Shown: in pieces, positions 39,310 through 48,717 of the stretch
Position numbering within the stretch: position 1 is the stretch's first letter
Layout of the letters: the number at the start of each line of letters is the position of its first letter
Origin: Comamonadaceae bacterium
GTDB lineage: Bacteria; Pseudomonadota; Gammaproteobacteria; Burkholderiales; Burkholderiaceae_C
DNA: 64,000 nucleotides
Assembly (NCBI GenBank): GCA_013297875.1
Contig: JAAFIW010000002.1
Span: 180,627-244,626, forward strand
Reading direction: 5' to 3'
Position numbers and translations under genes: made by a program
Notes under the pieces: generated by a model
The model's database searches: none
The model's input: only the letters and a program-made list of their open reading frames with translations
Told to the model about the DNA's origin: nothing

Positions 39310-40725
39310 ATGCCAGCACTTGAACGAAAGCTTATTGACAATCTCAAAGAACGTCTTATCAAGCATCTGGAATCTACGGGTGGCTATGAGTCCATTGATT
39401 TCATCGATGCGGGGGGGTCAGCGGCAATATTTAAGGTTCGAAGAAGTGATGGACTTAGGGCCGTCAAGATTTTCAATCCTGACCTATTTTCTGGAGCACC
39501 AGCCGCAGCAAGCAAGCGGCGCCTTGACGTCCAGCGGCGGCTAATTGATCACAAGTGCCCCAGCCTCATCCAGACTTATTTTGCCGATGAGTCGGACGGT
39601 ACAGCGATTGTTGAAATGGAATTCAACGAATGGCCGCAACTTTCGAGGCAACTTGGCAAAGTCCCAGATGACGCCATTGGCCGGCTTATGGACCAACTGG
39701 TAGACGCGGTCAAATATCTTGAAAGCATGAATATTGTTCATCGGGACATTAAGCCAGAGAACATACATGTATCTGCAAACTTCCAAGAGCTGAAGTTACT
39801 TGATTTAGGCGTTGCTAGAGAGTTCGACCACTCTGACGAGAGCGACGCCGGAATGACCGACTCGGGCGTTGGCCGACCCTTCCTTGCTACTGCGCAATAC
39901 AGCTCGCCGGAATATCTATTCCGATTAGATGAGCCCACCGATAAATTATGGAAGGGCTTGAACTTTTATCAAGTTGGCGCAGTTCTTCACGACCTCATTA
40001 AGAAAGAGGCGTTGTTCCAACATGAAATTCTGCTAGAGAATCGCTGGCTAGTCGCTCGGGCGGTTCTCACGAAGCAACCCAGCTTCTCCGACAGTGACAC
40101 GAAGCGCCTCGCAGCAGAAAAGGCGCTAGCGCTTCGCTGTTTGACCAAAGACCTCGACACACGTTTGTCTTTGGTTGGCTGGGAGGAGTTCCAATTCAAC
40201 ACGATCGATGACCCACTAACTGCGCTGAAGACCAAGTTGTCGAAAGGATTAGGACATTTAGGAGAAGTTTCCAAATCAACTTCCGCTGCCCGACTCAAAT
40301 ACGAACGACATGAGTACTGCACTCGAATATTTGAGAGGGTTCGAACCGAGCTAATAGCAGTTTGCGGCACGGAATTGCCAGTAACAATGATTACCGACTA
40401 CTCTGGCGATCCCATGAATATCGGGTTTGCCGTCAGTCCAGAAAAGTCAATTCTCGTCCGTATCGAATGCGACGTCTCTTGGAACGCTGGAATCTATGAA
40501 AAATCAGCGCTGATGGAGGTTGGAGCCATGTTTCTTCCAACTTCATCCAAAGCCCGATATGCGGAAACCCCGATGAAGGCCTGCTTAGAGATGAGCGTTG
40601 GTGCCGCCGAGGACGAAACGGTAACGTCTATCGCGAATAGTATTGCCAAACTGATAGGACTTGCACTTTCGCGCATTGAAGCAACGGGCGGAGATCCAAG
40701 GACGCTTCAGGGAATTTCGGTTTAA
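39310..40725 (+). CDS. Hanks-type Ser/Thr protein kinase domain protein with a ~220-aa C-terminal domain that has no recognisable motifs
   Basis: Gly-rich loop DAGGSAAIFKV, the VAIK-type Lys in RAVKIF, catalytic loop IVHRDIKPENIHV, LLDLGVARE (DFG-equivalent) and YSSPEYL (APE). Low GC. Confidence 0.8.
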   Translation: MPALERKLIDNLKERLIKHLESTGGYESIDFIDAGGSAAIFKVRRSDGLRAVKIFNPDLFSGAPAAASKRRLDVQRRLIDHKCPSLIQTYFADESDGTAIVEMEFNEWPQLSRQLGKVPDDAIGRLMDQLVDAVKYLESMNIVHRDIKPENIHVSANFQELKLLDLGVAREFDHSDESDAGMTDSGVGRPFLATAQYSSPEYLFRLDEPTDKLWKGLNFYQVGAVLHDLIKKEALFQHEILLENRWLVARAVLTKQPSFSDSDTKRLAAEKALALRCLTKDLDTRLSLVGWEEFQFNTIDDPLTALKTKLSKGLGHLGEVSKSTSAARLKYERHEYCTRIFERVRTELIAVCGTELPVTMITDYSGDPMNIGFAVSPEKSILVRIECDVSWNAGIYEKSALMEVGAMFLPTSSKARYAETPMKACLEMSVGAAEDETVTSIANSIAKLIGLALSRIEATGGDPRTLQGISV

Positions 40726-40742
40726 ACAAACGGAGGTGGCAG

Positions 40743-41903
40743 ATGAAATCGAGCTGGTGGCGAAAAAAGAACGAACTGGTCCCGGAGCAAATTAACTTTA
40801 TTAATCTGCCGCCTCAGGGGCGCTATTCGCTGGTGGGCCCGCCGGGCTCTGGCAAGACCAACCTATTGCTGCTGCGGGCCCAGTTCCTGGCTGGTAACGG
40901 CGAAAAGAACGTCCTAATCATTACCTATACCAATTCACTCTGTGACTTCATCCGCTCTGGGATTGGAAAAACGGGTCATATTCTCGCTCGTCAAGTGATG
41001 ACCTACCACTCTTGGGCGGGAAATCACATCATCGACCAACTAGGCGTCAGCAAAAAGCCCAAGGGGAGCGCCTTTGACGATGAAACCCGTGCCGAAATTC
41101 TTGAGAGGCTGAAGGAAGCAAATTCGAAGCGCCCCTCAGAGAAGATGTACAGCGCGATTTTTGTCGACGAGGCTCAGGACCTGTCGGCGAATGAACTGGA
41201 GCAGCTACTCTGTCTGAGTGACAAAATCTGTATTTGTGGTGATGACAAACAGGGCATCTTCTATCAGGACGGATTGTCCGTTGCGGAGAAACTGAAGCTC
41301 GAGAAGCATGAGCTCACAAGCCACTTCCGCATCGGTCAGCGAATAGCGGAGGTAGCAGATAGATTGGTTCCTCCTCCTGCAGGAGAGACAGGTCTTGCCG
41401 CTCGAGCGAACTACAATGAGAAGCTCCAAGGCAAGTCCACTGCTGAGCTACATCCAAGGGATAGCCGTGACGAGCAGTTTGCCAAGATGGCAGAGCTGAT
41501 TCGTGTGCAACTAGTGGCTTTCATTGATGACAATATTGGCGTCTTTGCTGGAACCAATGAGGCTATCGCGGAACTGAAGGAGCGATTCGACGCAACTGAA
41601 CTTTCTGGCCTTGTTGCATACCACGGTCAGGAAGGGGGCGGTTCATTTTCGTCGGATTCACGAATTCATGTGATGACTCTCCATAACTCAAAGGGTACGG
41701 AGTTCCGAGCCGTCCACATTTTCGCTGCGGAAGAGCTTCATGGGTTTCCACTTCGCCGAACCAAGTTGGCCTATACAGGTATCACCCGAGCCCGTACTGC
41801 ATTGAATGTGTTCCGAACAGGCCCCACAAGTGTAGGCCTCGAGAATGCCTTCGCGAAACCGTCGCTCATGGACATGGATGCCCTCTTTGAGGAGGATGCA
41901 TGA
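40743..41903 (+). CDS. Minimal UvrD/Rep-like superfamily-1 helicase (about 386 aa, core motifs only)
   Basis: Motif I GPPGSGKT, Ia IITYTNS, II FVDEAQD, III CGDDKQGIFYQ, V MTLHNSKGTEFRAVHIF and VI YTGITRAR. GGAGG Shine-Dalgarno. The stop overlaps the next ATG (ATGA). Confidence 0.85.
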   Translation: MKSSWWRKKNELVPEQINFINLPPQGRYSLVGPPGSGKTNLLLLRAQFLAGNGEKNVLIITYTNSLCDFIRSGIGKTGHILARQVMTYHSWAGNHIIDQLGVSKKPKGSAFDDETRAEILERLKEANSKRPSEKMYSAIFVDEAQDLSANELEQLLCLSDKICICGDDKQGIFYQDGLSVAEKLKLEKHELTSHFRIGQRIAEVADRLVPPPAGETGLAARANYNEKLQGKSTAELHPRDSRDEQFAKMAELIRVQLVAFIDDNIGVFAGTNEAIAELKERFDATELSGLVAYHGQEGGGSFSSDSRIHVMTLHNSKGTEFRAVHIFAAEELHGFPLRRTKLAYTGITRARTALNVFRTGPTSVGLENAFAKPSLMDMDALFEEDA

Positions 41904-43378
41904 ACGAAGTGATTCGATGGTTTGCAATCGGTAAAGAGGATTTACTGGATGTGCTCCTCGGCGAAGCATCGCCGAGCGGGCAATCCTCCAGCGTTCCGCC
42001 GCTGCCTGACCTTCGGGCCGGGAAACTCGCGCTTGGGTACAGGGCGGACGACTGCGTGGCGATGTCCCCAATGTGTGGGCCCGCGCTAGTGATCGTTGAG
42101 GACGACTCCGCCACAGAAACAATGTCGTGGCTACGCGCGTTCGCCGACGAAGCGTTTCCCATGAGTCAGTTTGCGCGAATAGTGAAACTCAGTGACTGGG
42201 TCATGTTCTCGTCAATGCGGAAGAACTTCAGCCAGGTTGGAGATTTCTACCCGGAGAGGTGGGCTTCGGTTTCGGTTGGTGAAGTGATGGCACAGGCCGA
42301 GTCGGATGTCGATTTGCAGAACATGCCGCTGTCCCGCTTGGCAAGTTCACTAACTTTGCCAGTTGGACGAGCCTCCCATCTTTTTGACAGCGGCGACGCG
42401 ACCCAGCAATGTGTGGATAGACTTCGGATCGTTTCGAGCGATGCGAGGTTCGTTCATAGACCCATAACCGTTTCTCAACTCACTCCTATCTGGGCTCTAT
42501 GCAGCGCCAGGATTGGGGGCCATCTTGAGGCGCAAGAGTCAGCTCAAATGGTGGTCAAGGCGGCAAGCGGATACTTTCGCGACCAAGCGGACCTAATGCC
42601 ACCAGAAGACGGTCTCTTCCTTGAGCGCTATGTGGGTCTCCAAAGCGATTCCGCGGAGGAGCGCGTCATGGCGTTCAATGAGTTCTCTCGCGATGTTCTC
42701 AAGTTCCCAGCCTCGCAGTTAGCGTCGTCGGGTGCGCCCCTGCTCGCTGCAGCCGCCTTCATGGTGGGGCGCAGCACATCTCATGTGTTCCTGTTGAATC
42801 ACTTTCGTAGAGCAGCACCCGTGGCGTTTGCTTGGTTTGGCCTGATAGCTGCCCTCGCAGGCTCACGCTGCTGGGATGGCGAATGGCTGCGGGCAGTCAA
42901 GGGTGCGGAGCGCCTTCTCAAGCCTCGGTTCGAATGGACCGACACCTCACCAGCAGACATTGGATGGCCTGAGTTCGCATGGCTCGCCAGCTTGCGCGAC
43001 GATGTCTACCAGTTGGTAGAACTGCCTAAGATGCTGCCGCGTACTCTCGGGGTCGAGGTCGTGCCCGGTGTTGTACTACAGGTTCGCCTTGGACAGGGAA
43101 GCGGAGGCGATGAGATGCACGCTGTTCGTGTGACCTCTGCGAGGGAGCATGAATTGGCGGATGCACTCAACCAAATCCTGGAAGTTGCACTAAAGGTCCG
43201 AGGACATGAAGTGCGAAGCAATGCCCCTGAACGTGGCCGCTACGCCGGGCGTGGCCGCCAATCTCAACAGTCTTTCGACCTAGATCAACAGTCTTTCGAC
43301 CTAGAGGACCGCCCAACCGGCATCACAGGTAAAACATCTAGTGGGAAAAAGGGTAAGCGCGACATAGAGAGCCCCTGA
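41900..43378 (+). CDS. Hypothetical protein (492 aa), translationally coupled to the helicase, no recognisable domain
   Basis: Clean ORF with a GAGGAGG Shine-Dalgarno. GC content is intermediate between the island and the host. C-terminal Arg/Gly/Gln-rich tail with the short tandem QQSFDLDQQSFDLE. Confidence 0.6.
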   Translation: MNEVIRWFAIGKEDLLDVLLGEASPSGQSSSVPPLPDLRAGKLALGYRADDCVAMSPMCGPALVIVEDDSATETMSWLRAFADEAFPMSQFARIVKLSDWVMFSSMRKNFSQVGDFYPERWASVSVGEVMAQAESDVDLQNMPLSRLASSLTLPVGRASHLFDSGDATQQCVDRLRIVSSDARFVHRPITVSQLTPIWALCSARIGGHLEAQESAQMVVKAASGYFRDQADLMPPEDGLFLERYVGLQSDSAEERVMAFNEFSRDVLKFPASQLASSGAPLLAAAAFMVGRSTSHVFLLNHFRRAAPVAFAWFGLIAALAGSRCWDGEWLRAVKGAERLLKPRFEWTDTSPADIGWPEFAWLASLRDDVYQLVELPKMLPRTLGVEVVPGVVLQVRLGQGSGGDEMHAVRVTSAREHELADALNQILEVALKVRGHEVRSNAPERGRYAGRGRQSQQSFDLDQQSFDLEDRPTGITGKTSSGKKGKRDIESP

Positions 43379-43614
43379 ACTTAGCGCTAGCAAGGTGCCG
43401 AGCACGACCGCTGGGGCCTTTCATCAAGACAGCGGCAATCTACCTAGGCGCCTAACGGAGAAAGCTGACTAGTCTGAAGTCATATTGCGTGTGTCAGCGT
43501 CGATCAGCAAAACGCCTTTTGTTGTGTCTCTGCTTGGCGGGCACTAATGGCCTTTGTTGTCATGTAACTCGGGTAAAAAGACGTGGTGAGTTACGAATTC
43601 CGTGGAGGCTCCTT

Positions 43615-45369
43615 ATGATTGACCTAGCCAAGTTGTTTTTCGAGAAAGTTCCGAAGTTTTTTTTCGATCACTTGCCTCGCCGCAGCGGCATCTCGCGACT
43701 TGAGAAAATCGCATTTGAATGCGACGCACTAGCGACTGCACTAGAGCTGCAAGGCGCACCTTTTCCAGTTTCACGATTGAAGCTGCAACTGAGTCGGTTT
43801 CGAAATCAGCCACCCGAGAAGATCGAAGAAGAAAATATTGACGAAATTGTGGAGGATATCGAGGATAGATTGATAGATCTAGATAACCTCTCTGCTCAGA
43901 CCGAGAGCCCGCGGAGTACATTTCTTGAGCAACAAAAGACGGCAAAGGAATTAAGGGCGATAGCGCTTAGGCTTCGCAACACTCGCACTAAAAAGCAGAT
44001 TGTCCGGCGGGCGTTCGGGATCACAGCAGCGGTTACGGTTGTTGGCTTTGCACTATTTGGCGGCTCCAGACTATTAGAGTCTTGGAAATCGTGGAAGCGC
44101 TCTTCGAGAGCAAGAACCGAATTTGTCAAAGCCAATGTAAAGAGGATGGACGGACCGTACACCATTGATACTTGGGATAGCGGGCTTGCGCCTTCAGCAA
44201 ATTGGAGAGTTGTCGACAGGGAGTTCAAGCTTATTCGATTCAACCCAGAGTTCCCGGCGGCTCCGCGTGAGCCTGGGGAACGGATCGCCAATGTGGAATC
44301 AACAGTTGCAAGGCTTAGCGCTTTTCTTGCCCAAAAGCCTCCGCCTCCCGCTGTAATCATTAAAGGTCGACTAGGAGAAGGGATGGGATACGTCCCGGCG
44401 CACCTCTTTTCCAGGCTGCTTGAAAATGCATTAAACGCAGACAACTTTGACGCATCATTTGCCGGATACAAACGCTGGGTGTTTACTGTTGATCAGACCC
44501 AGCTACAGCACTTTAGCGATGCCACAAAATATCCAGTGGACGATTTTCGAAAGTTCCTCCTAGATAAGGCAAAAAAGCATCTTCTGCCAGAGACACTTAC
44601 GGATGAAGCGATATTCGAAAATTCTATTATTATTTTTAACAACACGCCGACTTTGGCACTGGCAAAGCTGCTGCCTATCTTAATAGCCGCCGCCGAAGAG
44701 TGGTTCGCCACTATGGTCGTCTCTATACCAATTCAAGGCCTGACTGGACTAAATTCCCTCTCGCTTCAGAAAGGCATTCAACTCGAGCTTTTGGCGTACA
44801 AGGACGACGTGCAAACTCTAAGTAATCTGGCAACGGTATCGCTGACTCATTATTTAAACAGTAGGAAAACGCTGGCCAGAGACAGTGGCCACATTCAAAA
44901 GGCTGCAGCGGTCATGCTTTCCGACCCTTTCGCACCGCACATGCTTGCGAACTGGCGAATATCCAGACACTACATTCGAGCGCGATTCGAAGGAGTGACT
45001 GACCTTGCCTCAATGAAACCGCTTTCTCCTGTCGATAGCACCGCAGTTGCCTCTACTGCCGTTAAGGCAGCCCTTGATGCCTATGTCAATAGCTGGCTGG
45101 GAGAACTTAGTAATAAATCCCCTCTCATTCAGTTTAGCAGGCTCACAACACTTATCAGGGATGCTCTATTGCGTTCCGGCTCGAATCAGCCCTTTACTGA
45201 TACCGATTGCTACGAGTTAATCATCGCATCAGGTATCGTTGAACGAGGATCAGTTGAAATCGAAAATGTGCGACTAGTCATCAAGGGATCTCCATTCTTC
45301 AAGTCGGATTCGAACGGTGAAATGACTTGGTTGCCATTTACCCCCAACGTTAGCCAAATAATCTCGTAG
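43615..45369 (+). CDS. Hypothetical membrane-anchored protein (585 aa). Acidic and coiled N-terminal region, one predicted TM helix, large C-terminal domain.
   Basis: ATG at 43615 with GGAGG 7 nt upstream. The ORF track extends it to 43489. Acidic stretch EKIEEENIDEIVEDIEDRLIDLDNL, hydrophobic segment AFGITAAVTVVGFALFGG. Low GC. Confidence 0.55.
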   Translation: MIDLAKLFFEKVPKFFFDHLPRRSGISRLEKIAFECDALATALELQGAPFPVSRLKLQLSRFRNQPPEKIEEENIDEIVEDIEDRLIDLDNLSAQTESPRSTFLEQQKTAKELRAIALRLRNTRTKKQIVRRAFGITAAVTVVGFALFGGSRLLESWKSWKRSSRARTEFVKANVKRMDGPYTIDTWDSGLAPSANWRVVDREFKLIRFNPEFPAAPREPGERIANVESTVARLSAFLAQKPPPPAVIIKGRLGEGMGYVPAHLFSRLLENALNADNFDASFAGYKRWVFTVDQTQLQHFSDATKYPVDDFRKFLLDKAKKHLLPETLTDEAIFENSIIIFNNTPTLALAKLLPILIAAAEEWFATMVVSIPIQGLTGLNSLSLQKGIQLELLAYKDDVQTLSNLATVSLTHYLNSRKTLARDSGHIQKAAAVMLSDPFAPHMLANWRISRHYIRARFEGVTDLASMKPLSPVDSTAVASTAVKAALDAYVNSWLGELSNKSPLIQFSRLTTLIRDALLRSGSNQPFTDTDCYELIIASGIVERGSVEIENVRLVIKGSPFFKSDSNGEMTWLPFTPNVSQIIS

Positions 45370-45490
45370 AGACTGTAATGGCTGCAGCGGCTGCAACGAC
45401 GCTGGAACGAGCGCGCGTGCGCGTCAAACAACTTCTTCTGCCCTTGGATGGGATACGCCACCAGCCAGAAAGCCCGGCTCGCGCACAGCT

Positions 45491-45760
45491 TTAAATGCGC
45501 GACCCCCACGTTGTACAACACGCCGCCCACAACATCGCCTCGTCGCTCCAGTCAAACTGGAACGCCTCGCCCAGCTCAAAGCTCAAGGGCACGAAGGCCT
45601 TGGCAGGCCTGCGTCCGAGCGCGTACGCCACGAGCGGATGAAGTCCGTGACCGCGCTGTAGCCACCGCGGTAAACCTGCGTCTAGATCTATAGTCCGCTC
45701 GACTTCGCTGCACAGGTTGTTTAAGAGGCCGCTCTTGGAAAGCGAAATTGACGTGCGCAA
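45491..45760 (-). pseudogene. IS21-family transposase (IstA) remnant
   Basis: ...KAFVPLSFELGEAFQFDWSDEAMLW matches the IstA region around the first catalytic Asp (compare E. coli IS21 ...RFETQPGYQLQHDWGE...). It is truncated immediately afterwards. Confidence 0.45.
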
Positions 45761-45933
45761 CTTCCGCTTTGGGCTCGGAACCAGCCGGTCACTGCGAAAA
45801 CCTGAATGCCCGTTTTGGGTCTTTAACGGCCATGAAGCCTGACAACGAGGCAGGCCCGCTTTCGAGGAACACAGCGGACTTTACAAACCACCGTGGGGAA
45901 TGATCGAGTGACCGACGAAGTCGCTATTTCTTT

Positions 45934-45990
45934 AGTAGCTGCTTGAGCATATCCCCTGGGGGTTAGAGGCGTATTTGGCATAAGTGTTAA
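45934..45990. repeat. Dispersed repeat copy (AGTAGCTGCTTGAGCAT...CCTGGGGG...)
   Basis: Sits just left of DR2. Confidence 0.55.
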
Positions 45991-46022
45991 GTGGGAGCAA
46001 CCTAGTTATCCAGTCGCAGACG

Positions 46023-46108
46023 CCACCGTGGTCGACCGCACCGACGCCCACATGCACCACATGTTTGCCATTTTTGATGGGCAGTGCTTGCTCAATGGAA
46101 GCTACAAC
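46023..46108 (+). pseudogene. Displaced, diverged duplicate of the PLD-gene 3' end (right-hand direct repeat of the island)
   Basis: ccaccgtggtcgaccgcaccgacgcccacatgcaccacatgtttgccatttttgatgggcagtgcttgctcaatggaagctacaac matches 38718-38803. It encodes TVVDRTDAHMHHMFAIFDGQCLLNGSYN, then diverges. Confidence 0.55.
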
Positions 46109-46150
46109 CCGAAGCCAGTCACGGACACACTATGTTCTTTGCCTGCTCTT

Positions 46151-46210
46151 AAATCAATAGCTGCTTGAGCAATGTATCTCTGGGCTGTTGGCCGATTTGG
46201 CTCATATTCC
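46151..46210. repeat. Dispersed repeat copy (AAATCAATAGCTGCTTGAGCAATGTATCTCTGGGCTGTTGGCCGATTTGGCTC)
   Basis: Sits just right of DR2. Near-identical to the copies at 11818 and 29555. Confidence 0.65.
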
Positions 46211-46277
46211 AGCCCGTCTTCATGCCGCACTACACTTTTGACTGTGTGAGTTAAAAACCCCGAGAGGAAACGGTGTC

Positions 46278-47450
46278 ATGAACATCTTGTCAATCGCCAA
46301 CGGCCAGCTCTGGCACACCCAAGGCTCGGCGCCCGCCAACCAACTGCAATCGCAGTTCGCCAAGGAACTGATCGAGCGCGAAGCCCAGAGCCGCCGCACC
46401 ACCGGCTGGAAGCATGCCGAGCGTGAGGGTCAATCCGGCATGCTTTCCGGCTCGCAGCTGTGGGGCCGAGGCGGCGGTAGTGGCGAGCTGGCACCGCCGC
46501 GCTATTTGTATGCCTGCACCGGTGCCGACCCGCAAACCCTGTACTACACCTTGAGCGTGGCCCGCAGCGTGGGCCTGTTTCGCTACCACGTGGGCGAGCA
46601 GCGCGAGGTGCGGCTGTTTCACCGCAACAAGGTGCCGGTGCTGGGCATGGCGTTTGACCCGCGCGCCAACCGCATCATTTTGGCTAACGGTAACGACGAT
46701 GGCACGGCCCAGCTGGATGTGTATGACGACGAAGGCAACCACAAAGGATCGATCACCGGTGGCGACTGCGTGGACGCCGCGCCCGCGATGATTCCGGCGC
46801 TGGCCTCCACCCTCATTTACCAGTCGTGCGGTGTGGCGCGTCACCCGCAAACCGGCCAGGTGGTGGCCATGGGCCACAGCACCATCAACCGCTTGAACTA
46901 CGCCAACGGCCAGCTCGACACCATTCTGGAAGACCCGGCCTACGACTTTGTGGCCCCCAAAGCTGGTGTCGACGGCACGCTGTACGCCATTCGCCGCCCG
47001 GTCGAAAAACCGGTGCAAGAGCAGGCGGGCAGCGCCATTAAAGACACCTTGCTGCTGCCCTTTCGCCTGGGCAAAGCCATCTTTGGCTACCTGAACTTCT
47101 TCTCGATGATCTACGGCAAAGAACCCTTGCGCTCCGCCGGCGGCCCCCGCACCCCTGAGCTGGACCAAGACCTGGGCAAGCTGTGGCTGCACGGCCGAAT
47201 GATCGAGCTGTCCAAAATCAAACTCGATGCGCAATACAACGGCAGCCTGGTGCCTGCGTCGTGGGAGCTGGTCTGCCTGCCGCCCAACAGCTCGGCGATG
47301 CAGGTGCTGGCGTCACATGTGGCCAGTTTTGATGTGACGGCCGATGGCACCGTGGTCTACACCAATGGCTATGACTTGACCGCGCTGCGCGGAGGAACTG
47401 CGCAGAAGCTGGGGCGGCACGAGTTGGTGGAAGGCGTAGCAGTGGGGTGA
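46278..47450 (+). CDS. Hypothetical protein (390 aa, host-like high GC)
   Basis: Clean ATG with a Shine-Dalgarno. No recognisable motif. Before the island insertion it would have sat immediately downstream of the PLD gene. Confidence 0.6.
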   Translation: MNILSIANGQLWHTQGSAPANQLQSQFAKELIEREAQSRRTTGWKHAEREGQSGMLSGSQLWGRGGGSGELAPPRYLYACTGADPQTLYYTLSVARSVGLFRYHVGEQREVRLFHRNKVPVLGMAFDPRANRIILANGNDDGTAQLDVYDDEGNHKGSITGGDCVDAAPAMIPALASTLIYQSCGVARHPQTGQVVAMGHSTINRLNYANGQLDTILEDPAYDFVAPKAGVDGTLYAIRRPVEKPVQEQAGSAIKDTLLLPFRLGKAIFGYLNFFSMIYGKEPLRSAGGPRTPELDQDLGKLWLHGRMIELSKIKLDAQYNGSLVPASWELVCLPPNSSAMQVLASHVASFDVTADGTVVYTNGYDLTALRGGTAQKLGRHELVEGVAVG

Positions 47451-47719
47451 GGCTCAGCAACGCTTGCTGGGCTTTCTGTTTGGTCAGCCGGGCCGCAGCT
47501 AGTACGCCAATGAGTTATTGGCCTGGCAGGTGGCCCATTTACGCCGAACTGTGTGGCATTGCATGCAAAACGGTTGGCCTTTTGGGTACCTCTTGCAACT
47601 CCACCGGGGCTTGGGATGGATTCCATACCCAGGACTGGCATTTGCTGCGCAAAACAAGCTCACGTGCGCTACCAGAGCGCACAACCAGCTATTAAAACAA
47701 GAGCGTTGATCGATACAGC

Positions 47720-48619
47720 CTAAACCTGCTGCTGGGCCAAATGCGCCATCAGCAACCGCGCCGGAGCGCTCAAGCCGGCCGCGTCTTTGCAAAACACCGC
47801 AAACTGCCGCTGCGCCCACGGCTCAGCCAGCGGGATCACGCGCAGGCCGTACACCTGGGCGTAGGGCTGGGCCACCTGGCTGGGCACCACGCTGATGGCC
47901 AGGTTGGCGCGCACCACACGCAGGGCGGCATCAAAGTTGGAGACGATCACGCGGTAGTGCAGGGTGCGGCCTTCTACGGCGGCGGCGCGCTGCAGCATCA
48001 CCTGCACGGCGCTGGTCACCGGCAGGCTCACATGGTCGTAGTCCAGGGTTTGCGCAAACTGCAGGCTGTCAAACGCGGCCAGGGGGTGGCCGGTGTGAGC
48101 CACGATGGCCAGGTTGTCGCGGCGGTAGGGCTGGCTGGCCAGGCCGTGGCGGTCGGCCGCGTCCCAGCACAGGCCCAAGGCCGCGCGGCCTTCGCGCACA
48201 CCGGCCACCACCTCGTGGCTGAGCTGCTCCTGAATGTCGATGCGAATGTCGGCGCAATCCGGGTTTTGCAAAAAGCTGGCCACATCGTCGGCCAGCGAGC
48301 CGGCCAGCACCGAGGCAGTGGCCAGCAGCCGCACCTGGCCACGCACGCCGGTGGCATAGGCGGCCATGTCAAAGCCAATGCGCTGGGCGCTGGCCAGCAT
48401 CTGGCGTGCATGCTCCAGCAGGGTTTCGCCGGCGGGCGTGGGCTCCACCCCGTGGCGGCGGCGCACCAGCAGCGGCGTGCCCACGGTGTGCTCCAGCTGC
48501 GCCAGGCGCTTGCTGATGGCCGAGCCCACCCGATTGGCCTGGGCAGCGGCGCGGGCGATGTTGCGGGTCTCGCACACGGTCACAAACAGGCGCAGGGTGG
48601 TCAAATCCAGGTCGTGCAT
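47720..48619 (-). CDS. LysR-family transcriptional regulator
   Basis: N-terminal LTTLRLFVTVCETRNIARAAAQANRVGSAISKRLAQLE helix-turn-helix. It is divergent from the HMG-CoA lyase gene. Confidence 0.85.
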   Translation of the reverse strand: MHDLDLTTLRLFVTVCETRNIARAAAQANRVGSAISKRLAQLEHTVGTPLLVRRRHGVEPTPAGETLLEHARQMLASAQRIGFDMAAYATGVRGQVRLLATASVLAGSLADDVASFLQNPDCADIRIDIQEQLSHEVVAGVREGRAALGLCWDAADRHGLASQPYRRDNLAIVAHTGHPLAAFDSLQFAQTLDYDHVSLPVTSAVQVMLQRAAAVEGRTLHYRVIVSNFDAALRVVRANLAISVVPSQVAQPYAQVYGLRVIPLAEPWAQRQFAVFCKDAAGLSAPARLLMAHLAQQQV

Positions 48620-48717
48620 TGAGGTGTTCCAGTTTGGAAATTCAAGACTGATTAACTTTCACTTTACTTGTTTTTTGGAATATCTAAACTGCTGCTCAAT
48701 CAACACATCGGCTCCAC

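Larger units (their letters stand above)
38921..46022. mobile_element. About 7.1-kb lower-GC genomic island inserted at the 3' end of the PLD gene, bounded by 86-bp imperfect direct repeats derived from the PLD 3' coding sequence
   Basis: The four island genes show visibly lower and mosaic GC content (read by eye, not computed). DR1 at 38718-38803 and DR2 at 46023-46108 share about 78/86 identities by hand count. An IS21-family transposase remnant sits near the right end. No integrase gene is present. Confidence 0.55.

Noticed and set aside
39310-40725. Eukaryotic contamination as the source of the Ser/Thr kinase
   Set aside because: The gene has a bacterial Shine-Dalgarno and start, is translationally linked to an SF1 helicase with bacterial-style coupling (ATGA overlap), and sits between direct repeats inside a bacterial chromosome context.
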